A stretch of 64,000 nucleotides of DNA from Lepidodermella squamata (GCA_047495785.1 JBLDXI010000004.1:1054001-1118000); one strand, 5' to 3'; positions 1 through 13,470 are shown, counted from the stretch's first letter. Notes: generated by a model from the letters alone, not told the origin. Made by a program: numbers and translations.

Positions 1-1633
1 GCTGATGGTGGTTTAGTTGAGGAAAGGGTGTCCGAAGAAAATCACACTCAAGTCCTGTTTGTCTCTACTAAGAAGATGCGGCAGCGCCTTGAACGCCAGA
101 AGCCGAAAACCATGATTTTGGATACAACCTTCGGGACCAATAAGTCGGGTTACAAGCTAATGGTCTTTTGCTATCCAAATGCTGATAATGGCAAAACTGC
201 TATTGCAGCTATTGCCATGTTGGAGGATGAAAGCGACTCCAACGTCAAGGCGGCATTTCTTATTTTCAAAGAACTGCACTCGCCAAAAATATTCTTGGTT
301 GACAAAGACCTGAAGCAGATCGAGCTGCTGCGGTCAACCTTTCTGTGTATCGTACTTCTATGTCATTGGCACGTCGCCAAGTATCTGAAAAACTTGATCG
401 CCACAGCTCCCACAGAAGTTGAGGTGAAGGTGGAATTGTATAAATTGATTCTTGCCATGATGCGCTCGCGTGATGATGATGTGTATGGAGAATACCTGGG
501 TCAATTCAACGTCGCTGCGGAAGGAATACGAGTTCGAATTCAAAAGAAATATGTTTCATTGTGCGAATACTTTGAACGCAACTGGAACAGTTGCACCGAA
601 ATGTGGGTGAAGCATTTTCGCAGTCGTCTGGAAACAATGGGTGAAAATACGACCAGCAGAGCAGAAGGATCATTCGGCAGTTTCAAGGTTATATTGCATG
701 CAACACTCGGCAAGAAACCGAAGATCGAAGCTGTCGTGCCGGCTGTGTGCGAAATGGCAGATGATCAGGCTGAAACCATCCACGCCAAGAGAATTCAGCC
801 TGTCTCCGACGAATTTCAAGCCGTCCTCTACAAGGCATCTTTTGCAGTGTCATCTTTGGCGGTTAAAAAGTACTTTCAGCAACTGAAAGCTCTTAAAACC
901 GTCGAATACAAGAAGCTGTCGCTTGGACAGGTGAAAGTTCTTGCAGCTGAAGGGGACAGAACGTACTCGACTTATCATGACCAATGCGATTGTTCCATTT
1001 TCAATCAAAGCAAAATTCCGTGTCATCACATTCTTGCACTCCGTCAGAAAGATGACTTGCCTATGTTCGAACTGAAATTATTCGGGCTTCAGTATCATCG
1101 AATCAGCTCCAACGAGGCGCCAGCGAGTGATCAAGACGAAGATTCAAGCTCGGAAGCTGGGCAGGCATCTGCACAGGAGGAGGAAGAGGAGGAGGAAACT
1201 TTTGACTTCGAGGAAGCCAATTTTCACAGCCCGCAATCGAGCAAAGCGCAGCAAGCTAAGTCAGCCAAAGCGAAGTCGACCCAGAAGAAGTATCGCGGTG
1301 CCATGGATCTAATGACTGACATTGCGAATATCATGTCTCAGCATGGTATGGAGCAGTATGATCGCTACGTCGCCAATCTCCGTCAATTCAAAATGTTGAT
1401 CAATGATGGTAAAAACGTTGTTGTCGGTGAAGAAATCAGTGAACGTCTTGACGAAGATGGCGAAGATGACGAACTTCCTGAATTGGCCATTCCTATTGAA
1501 GAAGCTGATGTCATTGAGCACGAAAAAACTCCCTCTAGGCCTGGATCGAAGTTCGCTTTGGCTTACAAAACCGGCGTCAAGTGTCGAGGAAGACCGAAAG
1601 ATTCAGACAAGCAGGCAAATTCAATGCTAAATA
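1..1633 (+). CDS. Mutator-like (MULE) DDE transposase with SWIM zinc finger, 5' part; open at the window edge and interrupted at 1634
   Basis: ORF 28..1938 frame is open from base 1. MULE motifs ILDTTFGTN, FLVDKD, LCHWH, TTSRAEGSF; SWIM CDC-x8-PCHH. Sequence after ~1634 (HPAGHPAG...) is translated inserted repeat. Confidence 0.9.
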
Positions 1634-2089
1634 TAACTTTGCATCCCGCAGGTCATCCCGCAGGTCATCCCGCACGTCCCGCATCAGGGCAGCATCGTCC
1701 CGCATCAGTATCCCGCAGCCATCCCGCAGCTATCCTGCACATCATCCCGCAGCTATCATCCGCTATCACTTGTTACATATGGCTGTTGCCAGATGAATTC
1801 AAATTTGCTACTGGATGTTTGCGGAAATGGAATGTATGTGTTCTGCCGCCATTTTTGACCAGAAATTTGACTGACTTTGCACGCATTTTCAGCGCGAACC
1901 AAGTATCGCCGGCCCATAAATCTTATATCGGCGGATAGCCCTCGAAATTCTGTACAAACTATCCGCGGCCGCTGACCAAATTCGCCGCCGATCGTATCGA
2001 AATCGGCTTCAGAAATCGCGATTTTGGTCTTGGCCGCACGCCATTTTGACTGACTTAATTTCACGTAATTCCAGCGCGATATAAATATC

Positions 2090-2223
2090 AGTAGTAGGAA
2101 TTCTCCGCTTCTGGCATGCCAGAAGCTTAGAACCCCTACTACTGTTAAGCTGAATATAGATGACCTGATAATTCGAATTAAATTAAATTGAAATTCAAGT
2201 GACACCGCGTAAATGGGCGGGGG
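2090..2223 (+). repeat. Maverick left TIR (~133 bp)
   Basis: Reverse complement of 45073-45206 with a few mismatches. Confidence 0.93.
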
Positions 2224-2359
2224 TCTTGTCCGCCTGGGTTTGGTGGGGTAGGGCCCCGACGACCGGGCGGACCGGGTAGTTCAAACCCCCCGCCCCTTTT
2301 CAAGCGATGATGAATCGATGATATCGGGAGTGGTTGTGAGTTGATCATTCAGACTCAAA

Positions 2360-5300
2360 TTTTCTCTTAAAGCGACAGAATTTCATCATTTCTCTGCAAG
2401 CGACCGGAATTTTAAAATCGTCTCTTCAAGCGACAGGAATTTAAAAATGTCTCTTCAAGCGACAGAATTTCATAATTTCTCTTCAAGCGACAGAATTTCA
2501 AAATTTCTCTTCAAGCGACAGAATGTTCAAACTTTCTCTGCAAGCGACAGGAATTTTAGAATCGTCTCTTCAAGCGACAGAATTTCATAATTTCTCTTCA
2601 AGCGACAGAACTTTCATAATTTCTCTCCAAGCGACAGGAATTTAAAATTGTCCCTTCAAGCGACAGAACTTTCATAATTTCTCTGCAAGCGACAGAAATG
2701 TTTCATTTTCTCTCCAAGCGACAGGAATTTAAAAATGTCCCTTCAAGCGACAGGAATTTCAAAATCGTCTCTTCAAGCGACAGGAATTTTAAAATCGTCT
2801 CTTCAAGCGACAGAATGTTCATAATTTCTCTGCAAGCGACAGGAATTTCAAAATTTCTCTGCAAGCGACAGGAATTTAAAATTTTCTCTTTAAGCGACAG
2901 AGATGTTTCATTTTCTCTCCAAGCGACCAGGAATTTAAAATTGTCCCTTCAAGCGGCAGAAATTTCAAAATCGTCTCTTCAAGCGACAGAATTTCATAAT
3001 TTCTCTTCAAGCGACAGAATTTCAAAATTTCTCTTCAAGCGACAGAATGTTCAAACTTTCTCTGCAAGCGACAGGAATTTTAGAATCGTCTCTTCAAGCG
3101 ACAGAATTTCATAATTTCTCTTCAAGCGACAGAACTTTCATAATTTCTCTCCAAGCGACAGGAATTTAAAATTGTCCCTTCAAGCGACAGAACTTTCATA
3201 ATTTCTCTGCAAGCGACAGAAATGTTTCATTTTCTCTCCAAGCGACAGGAATTTAAAAATGTCCCTTCAAGCGGCAGGAATTTCAAAATTTCTCGTCAAG
3301 CGACAGAATTTCAAAATTTCTCTTCAAGCGACAGGAATTTAAAATTGTCCCTTCAAGCGACAGAATTTCAAAATTTCTCTGCAAGCGACAGGAATTTAAA
3401 ATTTTCTCTTTAAGCGACAGAGATGTTTCATTTTCTCTCCAAGCGACCAGGAATTTAAAATTGTCCCTTCAAGCGGCAGAAATTTCAAAATCGTCTCTTC
3501 AAGCGACAGAATTTCAAAATCGTCTCTTCAAGCGACAGAAATGTTTCATTTTCTCTCCAAGCGACAGGAATTTAAAATTGTCCCTTCAAGCGACAGAACT
3601 TTCATAATTTCTCTGCAAGCGACAGGAATTTCAATATTTCTCTTCAAGCGACAGAATTTCAAAATTTCTCTTCAAGCGACAGAACTTTCATAATTTCTCT
3701 GCAAGCGACAGGAATTTAAAATTTTCTCTTTAAGCGACAGAGATGTTTCATTTTCTCTCCAAGCGACAGGAATTTCAAAATCGTCTCTTCAAGCGACAGA
3801 ATGTTCATAATTTCTCTGCAAGCGACAGGAATTTTAGATTCGTCTCTTCAAGCGACAGAATTTCAAACTTTCTCTTCAAGCGACAGAATGTTCATAATTT
3901 CTCTGCAAGCGACAGGAATTTTAGATTCGTCTCTTCAAGCGACAGAATTTCATAATTTCTCTTCAAGCGACAGAACTTTCATAATTTCTCTGCAAGCGAC
4001 AGGAATTTAAAATTTTCTCTTTAAGCGACAGAGATGTTTCATTTTCTCTCCAAGCGACCAGGAATTTAAAATTGTCCCTTCAAGCGGCAGAAATTTCAAA
4101 ATCGTCTCTTCAAGCGACAGAATTTCAAAATCGTCTCTTCAAGCGACAGAAATGTTTCATTTTCTCTCCAAGCGACAGGAATTTAAAATTGTCCCTTCAA
4201 GCGACAGAACTTTCATAATTTCTCTGCAAGCGACAGGAATTTCAAAATCGTCTCTTCAAGCGACAGGAATTTTAAAATCGTCTCTTCAAGCGACAGAATG
4301 TTCATAATTTCTCTGCAAGCGACAGGAATTTCAAAATTTCTCTTCAAGCGACAGAATTTCAAACTTTCTCTTCAAGCGACAGAAATGTTTCATTTTCTCT
4401 CCAAGCGACAGGAATTTAAAAATGTCCCTTCAAGCGGCAGGAATTTCAATTTTTCTCTTCAAGCGACAGAATTTCAAAATTTCTCTTCAAGCGACAGAAT
4501 GTTCATAATTTCTCTGCAAGCGACAGGAATTTAAAAATGTCTCTTCAAGCGACAGAATTTCAAAATTTCTCTTCAAGCGACAGAACTTTCATAATTTCTC
4601 TCCAAGCGACAGGAATTTAAAATGGTCCCTTCAAGCGGCAGAAATTTCAAAATCGTCTCTTCAAGCGACAGAATGTTCATAATTTCTCTGCAAGCGACAG
4701 GAATTTTAGATTCGTCTCTTCAAGCGACAGAATTTCAAAATTTCTCTTCAAGCGACAGAATTTCATAATTTCTCTTCAAGCGACCGGAATTTTAAAATCG
4801 TCTCTTCAAGCGACAGAATTTCAAAATCGTCTCTTCAAGCGACAGAGATGTTTCATTTTCCCTCCAAGCGACAGGAATTCAAAATTGTCCCTTCAAGCGG
4901 CAGAATTTTCAAAATTTCTCTTCAAGCGACAGAATGTTCATAATTTCTCTGCAAGCGACAGGAATTTAAAATTTTCTCTTCAAGCGACAGAAATGTTTCA
5001 TTTTCTCTCCAAGCGACAGGAATTTAAAATTGTCCCTTCAAGCGACAGAACTTTCATAATTTCTCTGCAAGCGACAGAAATGTTTCATTTTCTCTCCAAG
5101 CGACAGGAATTTAAAAATGTCCCTTCAAGCGGCAGGAATTTCAAAATTTCTCGTCAAGCGACAGAATTTCAAAATTTCTCTTCAAGCGACAGGAATTTAA
5201 AATTGTCCCTTCAAGCGACAGAATTTCAAAATTTCTCTGCAAGCGACAGGAATTTTAGAATCGTCTCTTCAAGCGACAGAATTTCATAATTTCTCTTCAA

Positions 5301-7113
5301 GCGACAGAACTTTCATAATTTCTCTGCAAGCGACAGGAATTTTAGAATCGTCTCTTCAAGCGACAGAATTTCATAATTTCTCTTCAAGCGACAGAACTTT
5401 CATAATTTCTCTGCAAGCGACAGGAATTTAAAATTTTCTCTTTAAGCGACAGAGATGTTTCATTTTCTCTCCAAGCGACCAGGAATTTAAAATTGTCCCT
5501 TCAAGCGGCAGAAATTTCAAAATCGTCTCTTCAAGCGACAGAATTTCAAAATCGTCTCTTCAAGCGACAGAAATGTTTCATTTTCTCTCCAAGCGACAGG
5601 AATTTAAAATTGTCCCTTCAAGCGACAGAACTTTCATAATTTCTCTGCAAGCGACAGGAATTTCAATATTTCTCTTCAAGCGACAGAATTTCAAAATTTC
5701 TCTTCAAGCGACAGAACTTTCATAATTTCTCTGCAAGCGACAGGAATTTAAAATTTTCTCTTTAAGCGACAGAGATGTTTCATTTTCTCTGCAAGCGACA
5801 GGAATTTAAAAATGTCTCTTCAAGCGACAGAATTTCAAAATTTCTCTTCAAGCGACAGAACTTTCATAATTTCTCTCCAAGCGACAGGAATTTCAAATTG
5901 TCCCTTCAAGCGGCAGAAATTTCAAAATCGTCTCTTCAAGCGACAGAATGTTCATAATTTCTCTGCAAGCGACAGGAATTTTAGATTCGTCTCTTCAAGC
6001 GACAGAATTTCAAAATTTCTCTTCAAGCGACAGAATTTCATAATTTCTCTGCAAGCGACCGGAATTTTAAAATCGTCTCTTCAAGCGACAGAATTTCAAA
6101 ATCGTCTCTTCAAGCGACAGAGATGTTTCATTTTCCCTCCAAGCGACAGGAATTCAAAATTGTCCCTTCAAGCGGCAGAATTTTCAAAATTTCTCTTCAA
6201 GCGACAGAATGTTCATAATTTCTCTGCAAGCGACAGGAATTTAAAATTTTCTCTTCAAGCGACAGAAATGTTTCATTTTCTCTCCAAGCGACAGGAATTT
6301 AAAATTGTCCCTTCAAGCGACAGAACTTTCATAATTTCTCTGCAAGCGACAGAAATGTTTCATTTTCTCTCCAAGCGACAGGAATTTAAAAATGTCCCTT
6401 CAAGCGGCAGGAATTTCAAAATTTCTCGTCAAGCGACAGAATTTCAAAATTTCTCTTCAAGCGACAGGAATTTAAAATTGTCCCTTCAAGCGACAGAATT
6501 TCAAAATTTCTCTGCAAGCGACAGGAATTTTAGAATCGTCTCTTCAAGCGACAGAATTTCATAATTTCTCTTCAAGCGACAGAACTTTCATAATTTCTCT
6601 GCAAGCGACAGGAATTTTAGAATCGTCTCTTCAAGCGACAGAATTTCATAATTTCTCTTCAAGCGACAGAACTTTCATAATTTCTCTGCAAGCGACAGGA
6701 ATTTAAAATTTTCTCTTTAAGCGACAGAGATGTTTCATTTTCTCTCCAAGCGACCAGGAATTTAAAATTGTCCCTTCAAGCGGCAGAAATTTCAAAATCG
6801 TCTCTTCAAGCGACAGAATTTCAAAATCGTCTCTTCAAGCGACAGAAATGTTTCATTTTCTCTCCAAGCGACAGGAATTTAAAATTGTCCCTTCAAGCGA
6901 CAGAACTTTCATAATTTCTCTGCAAGCGACAGGAATTTCAAAATCGTCTCTTCAAGCGACAGGAATTTTAAAATCGTCTCTTCAAGCGACAGAATGTTCA
7001 TAATTTCTCTGCAAGCGACAGGAATTTCAAAATTTCTCTGCAAGCGACAGGAATTTTAGAATCGTCTCTTCAAGCGACAGAATTTCATAATTTCTCTTCA
7101 AGCGACAGAACTT
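2360..7113 (+). repeat. Satellite array, 28-30-bp units with CAAGCGACAG core (left part)
   Basis: Well over 100 tandem units such as CAAGCGACAGAATTTCATAATTTCTCTT; a limited set of variants recurs in higher-order blocks. Confidence 0.97.
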
Positions 7114-8937
7114 CGTCGATGTCGGTTTGAAAGGGGCCGCAAATTTTTTTATTAGCCCGATTTCGTAGTTATACATTTAATTTATTTATAAAATTTATAT
7201 CACCATTTTTGTCTAACTGAGGTCCATCTATTGATGCCGATGGTGATTTTGTTATCACCTTTGGCTCTAGTTAAAGCCGCAATTTGTCGTAATAACAGTT
7301 TATTGTTATTATGGCGACTTCATCGCATACTTGTTATTATTATGTGCTGCGCAACGACGGTCCCTCGGGAGTCAGCGTGATTTCGCATTCAGAAACAGCC
7401 AGCCTTAGCGCGAGGAAGACGAAGGCCAATTACAGATAACATTTATGATTAGGGTGATAGGCTTGTTTACATCCATTTCAAGGTGATAGCTGATAAGTAA
7501 AAAGCGGCGGTGAATAAAGTGGCAAAGACAGAAGACTCTTCAATTCACCTCTCACCTTCAAACTGACGTTAACAAAAGTAAATCCGAGGTTTTAGACGCC
7601 GCCATGCAACGACATGGTACCAAGATCTATAATTAGGCTCCGCAACAAGGAAAATCTACTCTCCTAAAATAAATTCCGTCTGATAAGCATCGATTATGTT
7701 TCCTTTACACCAAAAATATTTGTTGTCGTTCAATTTTGATAATCTATTTCTTTTACTAAGTTTGATCGTTTCGTCGATGTCGGTTTGAAAGGAGTGTGCA
7801 CAAGAGTACAGTATCAACAGTATTTTGATACTGTACATTCTGGTACAGTTTTGCTGGCCGTAAATATCAGTACGGCTCACTCGACTGTAGAGTGAGTACA
7901 GTTGATCGGGCTGTATATTATGAGATGTACGGTGTTTTCCTCCTGTAGCTTTGGGTACAGCTCATTGAACTGTACTCATTGTACAGTCGAATGCAACATA
8001 CATGCTGAGTACAGGAGTGGCTTCCGTAATGACTGTGTATGGTTCGTCCAAGACGTACTCGAAACTCGAAAGTACAGCGATTCCATGTTTTCTAACGTAG
8101 CACAGGGATTCTCGAACTGAGAGTCGCCGAGTCAGCTGAGGTCACCTTTCGGAGATTCGGTTGATTTTTGGTCACCCCTCTAGCAAAAATCTACGGAAAT
8201 AGCGATAGCTAAAGCTCACTAAAAACCCACAAAAATGCGCTCATGAGCCCAGTTCATGGAAAGGTAATTTTTATTGGAAATTATAGGAAAAATATATGTA
8301 AATATGGCAATATTGATAGCTTGGAGGCCGAATTTCACAATTCTGAGCATCTTTTACCACACTGAAAACGATAAAAATTGAAAAACCGCAACCTAGTAAG
8401 AATTTTTATATGTTATTTTTTATATCCCCACGCTCCAAGGGTTGGGTCATAGTTCACGAAGCTGATTCGCACGACGGGTTTTGGTCAATGATGACCGGCC
8501 AAAAATGCCTGATTTTTTTTATAACATTTCAAGAATTTACGAGATGTGCATTATTTCGGCCGGATTCACTCGACGGCTCGACCGACCCAGGGTAGAAAGT
8601 TTATAATCAGTGTTTAATGCAAAGTGCGTGAGTGTCCGATCTGTAACATTATTGTCTCTGGCCGGGTTAATCGTCAATGCGTTGGGGCCCGAGTCCGAAT
8701 GCGGCCCGTATGCGGTCGGGTAACTGCATTTTACCACTCCGCGCTCGGGCCGCTTTAAGACATGTCCGTATGCAACATTTACTGTAAATTTAACAAATTC
8801 GAATGAATGACGCACCACTGCCCACGGGCCAGCCGAGGTGCAAGCCCGAGCACGCCGGAGAACAACGGGAACCAGCAGTGCTATTGTTAGGCGCGCGCCG
8901 TACTCGGGCCGCCGAGCTTGGGCCTGGATACAGTTAT
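7114..8937 (+). repeat. Left long inverted arm of the 17.5-kb insertion
   Basis: Near-identical reverse complement of 23003-24590; the right copy lacks ~8474-8709. Identical ORF translations 7656/23824 and 7902/23584. Confidence 0.93.
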
Positions 8938-8957
8938 TGTAGAAATCGATAATCGAT

Positions 8958-9188
8958 GAAAATATCCGTCGGTGCTTTCCCAAGACCAAGTAACACCCGT
9001 AAAACTCAAATCTGAAGTCAAAATCACCTTATACTTATTCCTTCCCGAAGAAATCACTGATTATCGATGATCGATAATCGATAATCAGTGATTTCTTCGG
9101 GAAGGAATGAGTATAAGGTGATTTTGACTTCAGATTTGAGTTTTACGGGTGTTACTTGGTCTTGAGAAAGCACCGACGGATATTTTCG
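8958..9188. repeat. ~230-bp near-perfect palindrome
   Basis: GAAAATATCCGTCGGTGCTTTC... mirrored by ...GAAAGCACCGACGGATATTTTC around an ATCGAT-rich centre. Confidence 0.9.
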
Positions 9189-9826
9189 AAGCACAGGTCT
9201 CGTGCAAAAAAATCTGGCTATATTCTGCAAAATCCAGAATACTCACCTATGAGTATATGGCCGTTAAAGTGTTAAACCGGCCTGAGCTCGGAGATCCAAA
9301 TCAATGCTACCCGTCTGCGCACGGGCCGGCCGGAGCGCGTACGAGCCGAAATCGACCCCAACAAATATACGAAAATATTACAGGGTGTGGCCGACAAATT
9401 CCACAGTAGGCGAATTTGATGCGCGTCAATTTAATGAGTTTTAATTAGTTGAAGAATTTCAAGCATTCTCTTGCCGATGGAACTCCTCAATTTCTTGAAA
9501 CTCCTCATCAAATTTATGCGCATCGAATTCGCCAACTGCGGGATTTCGTGGGCACCCTGTAGCATTCATACAGCACAACTACGTCGCCGCTACGGTAGCG
9601 CTACGGCGACTGCTATTTCAGTGCTATGTAGCACTTTTGGGTAGCACTACAGTACCTGAGTTGTTATAAAAACATCGAAACCGGCATAGGATTTTCACGA
9701 ATTTTCGTAGACTATGCCTTAAAATTTACTCAACCTGAAAAGAATTCAAAAACCAGAAAACACAGTTAGGATGAGGTTTTGAAAATTCACTATGTAGCCG
9801 GCTGAATATCATAGGCTGAATGTATA

Positions 9827-10233
9827 CCGTAATCCGGTACAACTTTGAACACCTACGTCCATGCAAACCCTAATGTGCTGAGTAAATTCAACAGATGCGA
9901 TTTTGGTCTGGTTTTCAACGTAGTTCGACTGGAGCCGCCCACCGTAACATCCTGATATTTTTTTATTCTCGGAAATTCGCAAGCGTAAGGATTTGGCAAG
10001 GGGAACCCCAAAAGTAAAACTTTGAACACCAAGATTTCGTGAAATGAAAATCCACCGATTTTAAAGGCAGAGACCGTGGGGATTGTGTTGATGAAACTTG
10101 GCAAAATGTTAGCCCACAACGATATCTGTATTCAGTAAAATTCCCAAGTGATAGATCCCCATGGTTTCAGAGAAAAGCTGATTTGCGTCAAATGTTCAAA
10201 CTTGTACCTGTTCGAAGTTGTACCGGATTACGG
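9827..10233. mobile_element. MITE (Tc1/pogo-like ends)
   Basis: TIR CCGTAATCCGGTACAACTT / AAGTTGTACCGGATTACGG; TA on the left flank. Confidence 0.7.
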
Positions 10234-11952
10234 AATCGGCTACTCCTGTGTAATACGAGGTGCCTATACTCCCGAGGTGCGGTAAATACTGATTGCGGCG
10301 AAATATTTACAAAGACGACTCGTATAGGAATACGTCTCCGAAGGGAGTTTCCGGAACTCGTGAAATAGGGCTGAAAGGCAAACTCTAAAAACAGGAACTT
10401 TAGGAACCCAGGCAGTGAAAGGCGGGCGGGTTCCAGCAAATGCAAATGCAAATGTCAGCTGGGATCCCTGGGAACTCGTTGAAATCCTGAGCTGGGGAAG
10501 GGAGTCTCCGGAACCCGTGATAGGACTAATGGTAGTATGTGAATACATTTTTTCTGATTTGACATACTTTCATATATTTCCTACGTATCTGAGGCAGTTA
10601 GATAAGCCGTACCGGCACCGTAGTAGCCCCGTAGTTCACCGTGTTGGCAGTACGGTGCGACTGCTATTATTGAATTCAATTGAATTCAATGCTATTATTG
10701 AATGTAAAATTCAAAATGATCCTCCCCAACTTCGCCCTTCGTGCCTCCATTGAGTTATCACTGGCAATCTTATGCCCAGCCGAAGCTAAGCAACAGTCTG
10801 ATGGGGTGCTTATTTCGTTTTTTTTAGAAAAATGATAGGGCGCTTTGGTTTCTTAAATAACATGGGGTAGAATTACGAGGTGCGGTATTTATGATCAAAC
10901 GGTAAGGTTTACAGGGTTGTATTCGGGGTGGGGAACATTTTCGAGGTGCGGTATATTTTCGAGAAATACGGTACTTGGATTCATGGGCCTCCGATTAAGT
11001 AGTTCTGTAATAGTAATAGTTGCCGGGCTGCCGGGTGGTCGTGGGCGGAGAACCCCTGACCACTGACCCCGGTACCTCTAATAGGGTTTCGGAACCTTGG
11101 AATTTCAAAATATAATATTTTAAAACAGCGTAATCATTGATTTTTGACGAATAAATTTTCAAAATTTGCATTAATTAATTGCCACAGTCCGAATTCCTAC
11201 CTAAGAAAATAATTAAGTGTGAACCCCTAATTCGCACCATACAGAGTTAACTCCCCGAATGAGCAGGCCCCAGGCGTATGAATTCGGATGATAGAATTGC
11301 TTGTAAAGATCAATTATGCATCCCCCAAATTCGGACCATTTTTTTTCTTGTGTAGAGCTGCCGAAATCGGAGAGCCATTTGCCTAATTAACGATATAAAT
11401 TATTTTGCCTAATTTGCCTAATTAACGATATAGAAACTAATTAATTGATGGAGAATTAGCGGAAATAAATGCCAGAGATCGAGATGAATGGCAATTAGTG
11501 TGTAATAGCATCGAAAATTATGAATTTTTGGGCAAAAGCAGGTTGTTCGCGACCGATCTTTCGGCCCCTGAAGCCGATCGCCTGTCGTCAGCCGTCCCCT
11601 AAACCCTCACGGGTAAGGCCTTTTTTTCTACTCTCTAACATTAACATCACATGCCTACGGAGGACGAAAAATAAAACTGATTCATTTGGTCATTCATTTG
11701 GTCATTTTAATTGATGGAGCCCTGAATTCACCAACATGGATTAAGTTATTTTAAATTTTTCAATAAAAATTCATGCGCATGAAAATATTGCTAAAAAGTG
11801 TAATTGAATTCATGGGACGACACTTAATTCATGTGGCAGGGTGATGAATTCATGGGGGTTTTTTTCCCGTGCTTGAGCAAGTTTATTCGAGCATTTCGCT
11901 TTTGACCGGCCCTTTGCGAGTTATTATTTACGCGCTAATTTTTTTGCTCAAA

Positions 11953-12379
11953 CTATCCATAAAGAATTTTTTCCGATTGGGTCTGCAACACCATTGAGAA
12001 GAGCTTCTTCATAGCTAACAAGTCTGGTGATATCAGCCGCGATGAGGCTAGAGACCTTTGTTTGGCCAATTTTGGGCAACTTGCGAGTGTAAAAACTTCA
12101 CAAGAGCAGGAGGACGTTCGATCAGCCCTAGCAGCTTCTGGGTTTTCGTCTGGCTGGGCTGGCTTGAGCAAGTTCTCCGGTGCTTATCACTGGATCGATG
12201 GGTCAAATTTCACGGCGCTGAACCAGCAGTGGGGGCCAGGAGAGCCGGGCAATGACAAATGCGCGGAGTATACTCAATATTCAGGCCGCGATGGTTATGC
12301 AACGAATCGCTATATGAACGACCATTTGTGTGATGCCAAGTCGAAAAGCGCCATTTGCGAAACATACCAAGCCTTGTAA
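11953..12379 (+). pseudogene. Orphan terminal exon of a C-type lectin domain gene
   Basis: WAGL...YHWIDGS...WGPGEPGNDKC...MNDHLC...AICE motifs; no upstream exons recognisable inside the insertion. Confidence 0.75.
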
Positions 12380-13304
12380 TGCTTGGAAATGAGCAAGTAT
12401 ACGCCGTTTGTGAGACTTCTGTCGAGTGATTTTCTCACTTTTTCTATCATTTCTTTCTAAATCAATGAGATATTTTATCTAAATCTACACTGAATTTATT
12501 ATATATATAGGGGATATATTATATATATATATATATATCGGTAATTTACCCCGGCAGGTTCCATAATTTCCGCGCAATTTATTTCAATGCTGTCTGTTTT
12601 TCGGATAAGACCAATTGGCTCATAGACACAACTTGTCTGTTGGTATTGAGTTCAACAACTTTTAACCCTAATTATTTCTCGCTATTTTTCGTGTCATCCT
12701 GTAGTTAAAATGCTGGCATGTGGTAACATTATGAAATATGAACTATTTTTGCGTGCATCAGCTGAATAAAATCAGAAAATCATTATGCGTTAGAAAAACG
12801 GAATGTCTATTCGTACATAGAATGTACGCGAAAATTGCTATTCGTACATTCCGATATGCTTTTTTCTAAGATGAACGACTCTAATGTTTTGTGAGCTGAT
12901 AGCAATAATCCCGAAAATAGGTTTTTACTCAGGCTTATATGTAACGCAAAATAAGCCGTGTAAGCGCAATGAAAGCGACTAGCGATCCTAAGCCAGGTCC
13001 TAGCTTTACCATTTTTCCAACATTTTTCTATATTATTGTGCGACAGATTTTTATATAAAACGATTCGTCGTGAGTTGGGGATTTCAAAAATCCAAGTCCC
13101 ATTCTCCTAGCTGTCACACACAGTGTGCGAAGTAGGATCCGGGAGCTGTGGTGTTTTCTAGGACCCAGCCGAAGAAACCAAAGGGCTCCCGCCTGTGGTT
13201 TTTTCAGCCTTCCTCTGGTTGGAGTCCCGGAGCAGGCATGGTGTCGCGACACCCCAGCACCCTTGTATTTCGCACCCTGAATCAACAGAGAGCATGATTA
13301 CTTG

Positions 13305-13470
13305 CCTGAACTTCGTTTAAAAAAGAACAGGCTGCTTTACAGCCGGTGAAGCCATCATTCAGCCGGGAAAAGCAGCGTCTATAATCGGCTGAATAAGCCA
13401 CGCCTGTCAAGCTGAGGCTTAGAATAACTCGCAGTAACGTAAATTGTAAATTGAATCGTAAATTATCCAT
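13305..13470 (-). pseudogene. Orphan first exon (signal peptide plus Cys module) of the local secreted lectin family
   Basis: DYRRCFSRLNDGFTGCKAACSFLNEVQ matches exon 1 of the paralogs starting at 56401(-), 57459(-) and 58522(+). Confidence 0.8.

Noticed and set aside
1634-1938. HPA-repeat C-terminus of the MULE ORF (and ORFs 45258-45661)
   Set aside because: Read-through into the ATCCCGCA subterminal repeats of the inserted element, not native protein.
2698-6564. ORFs within the satellite (SLQATE/FKRQ/SSDR repeats)
   Set aside because: Translation artefacts of a 28-30-bp repeat appearing in all three frames.
2360-7113. CRISPR array
   Set aside because: Constant part is only ~10-13 bp, the variable parts are a few related variants reused many times, there are no cas genes and the context is eukaryotic.
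7656-8120. Duplicated 72-74-aa ORFs (also 23584-24048)
   Set aside because: Identical only because they sit in the inverted arms; non-ATG starts and no recognisable motifs.
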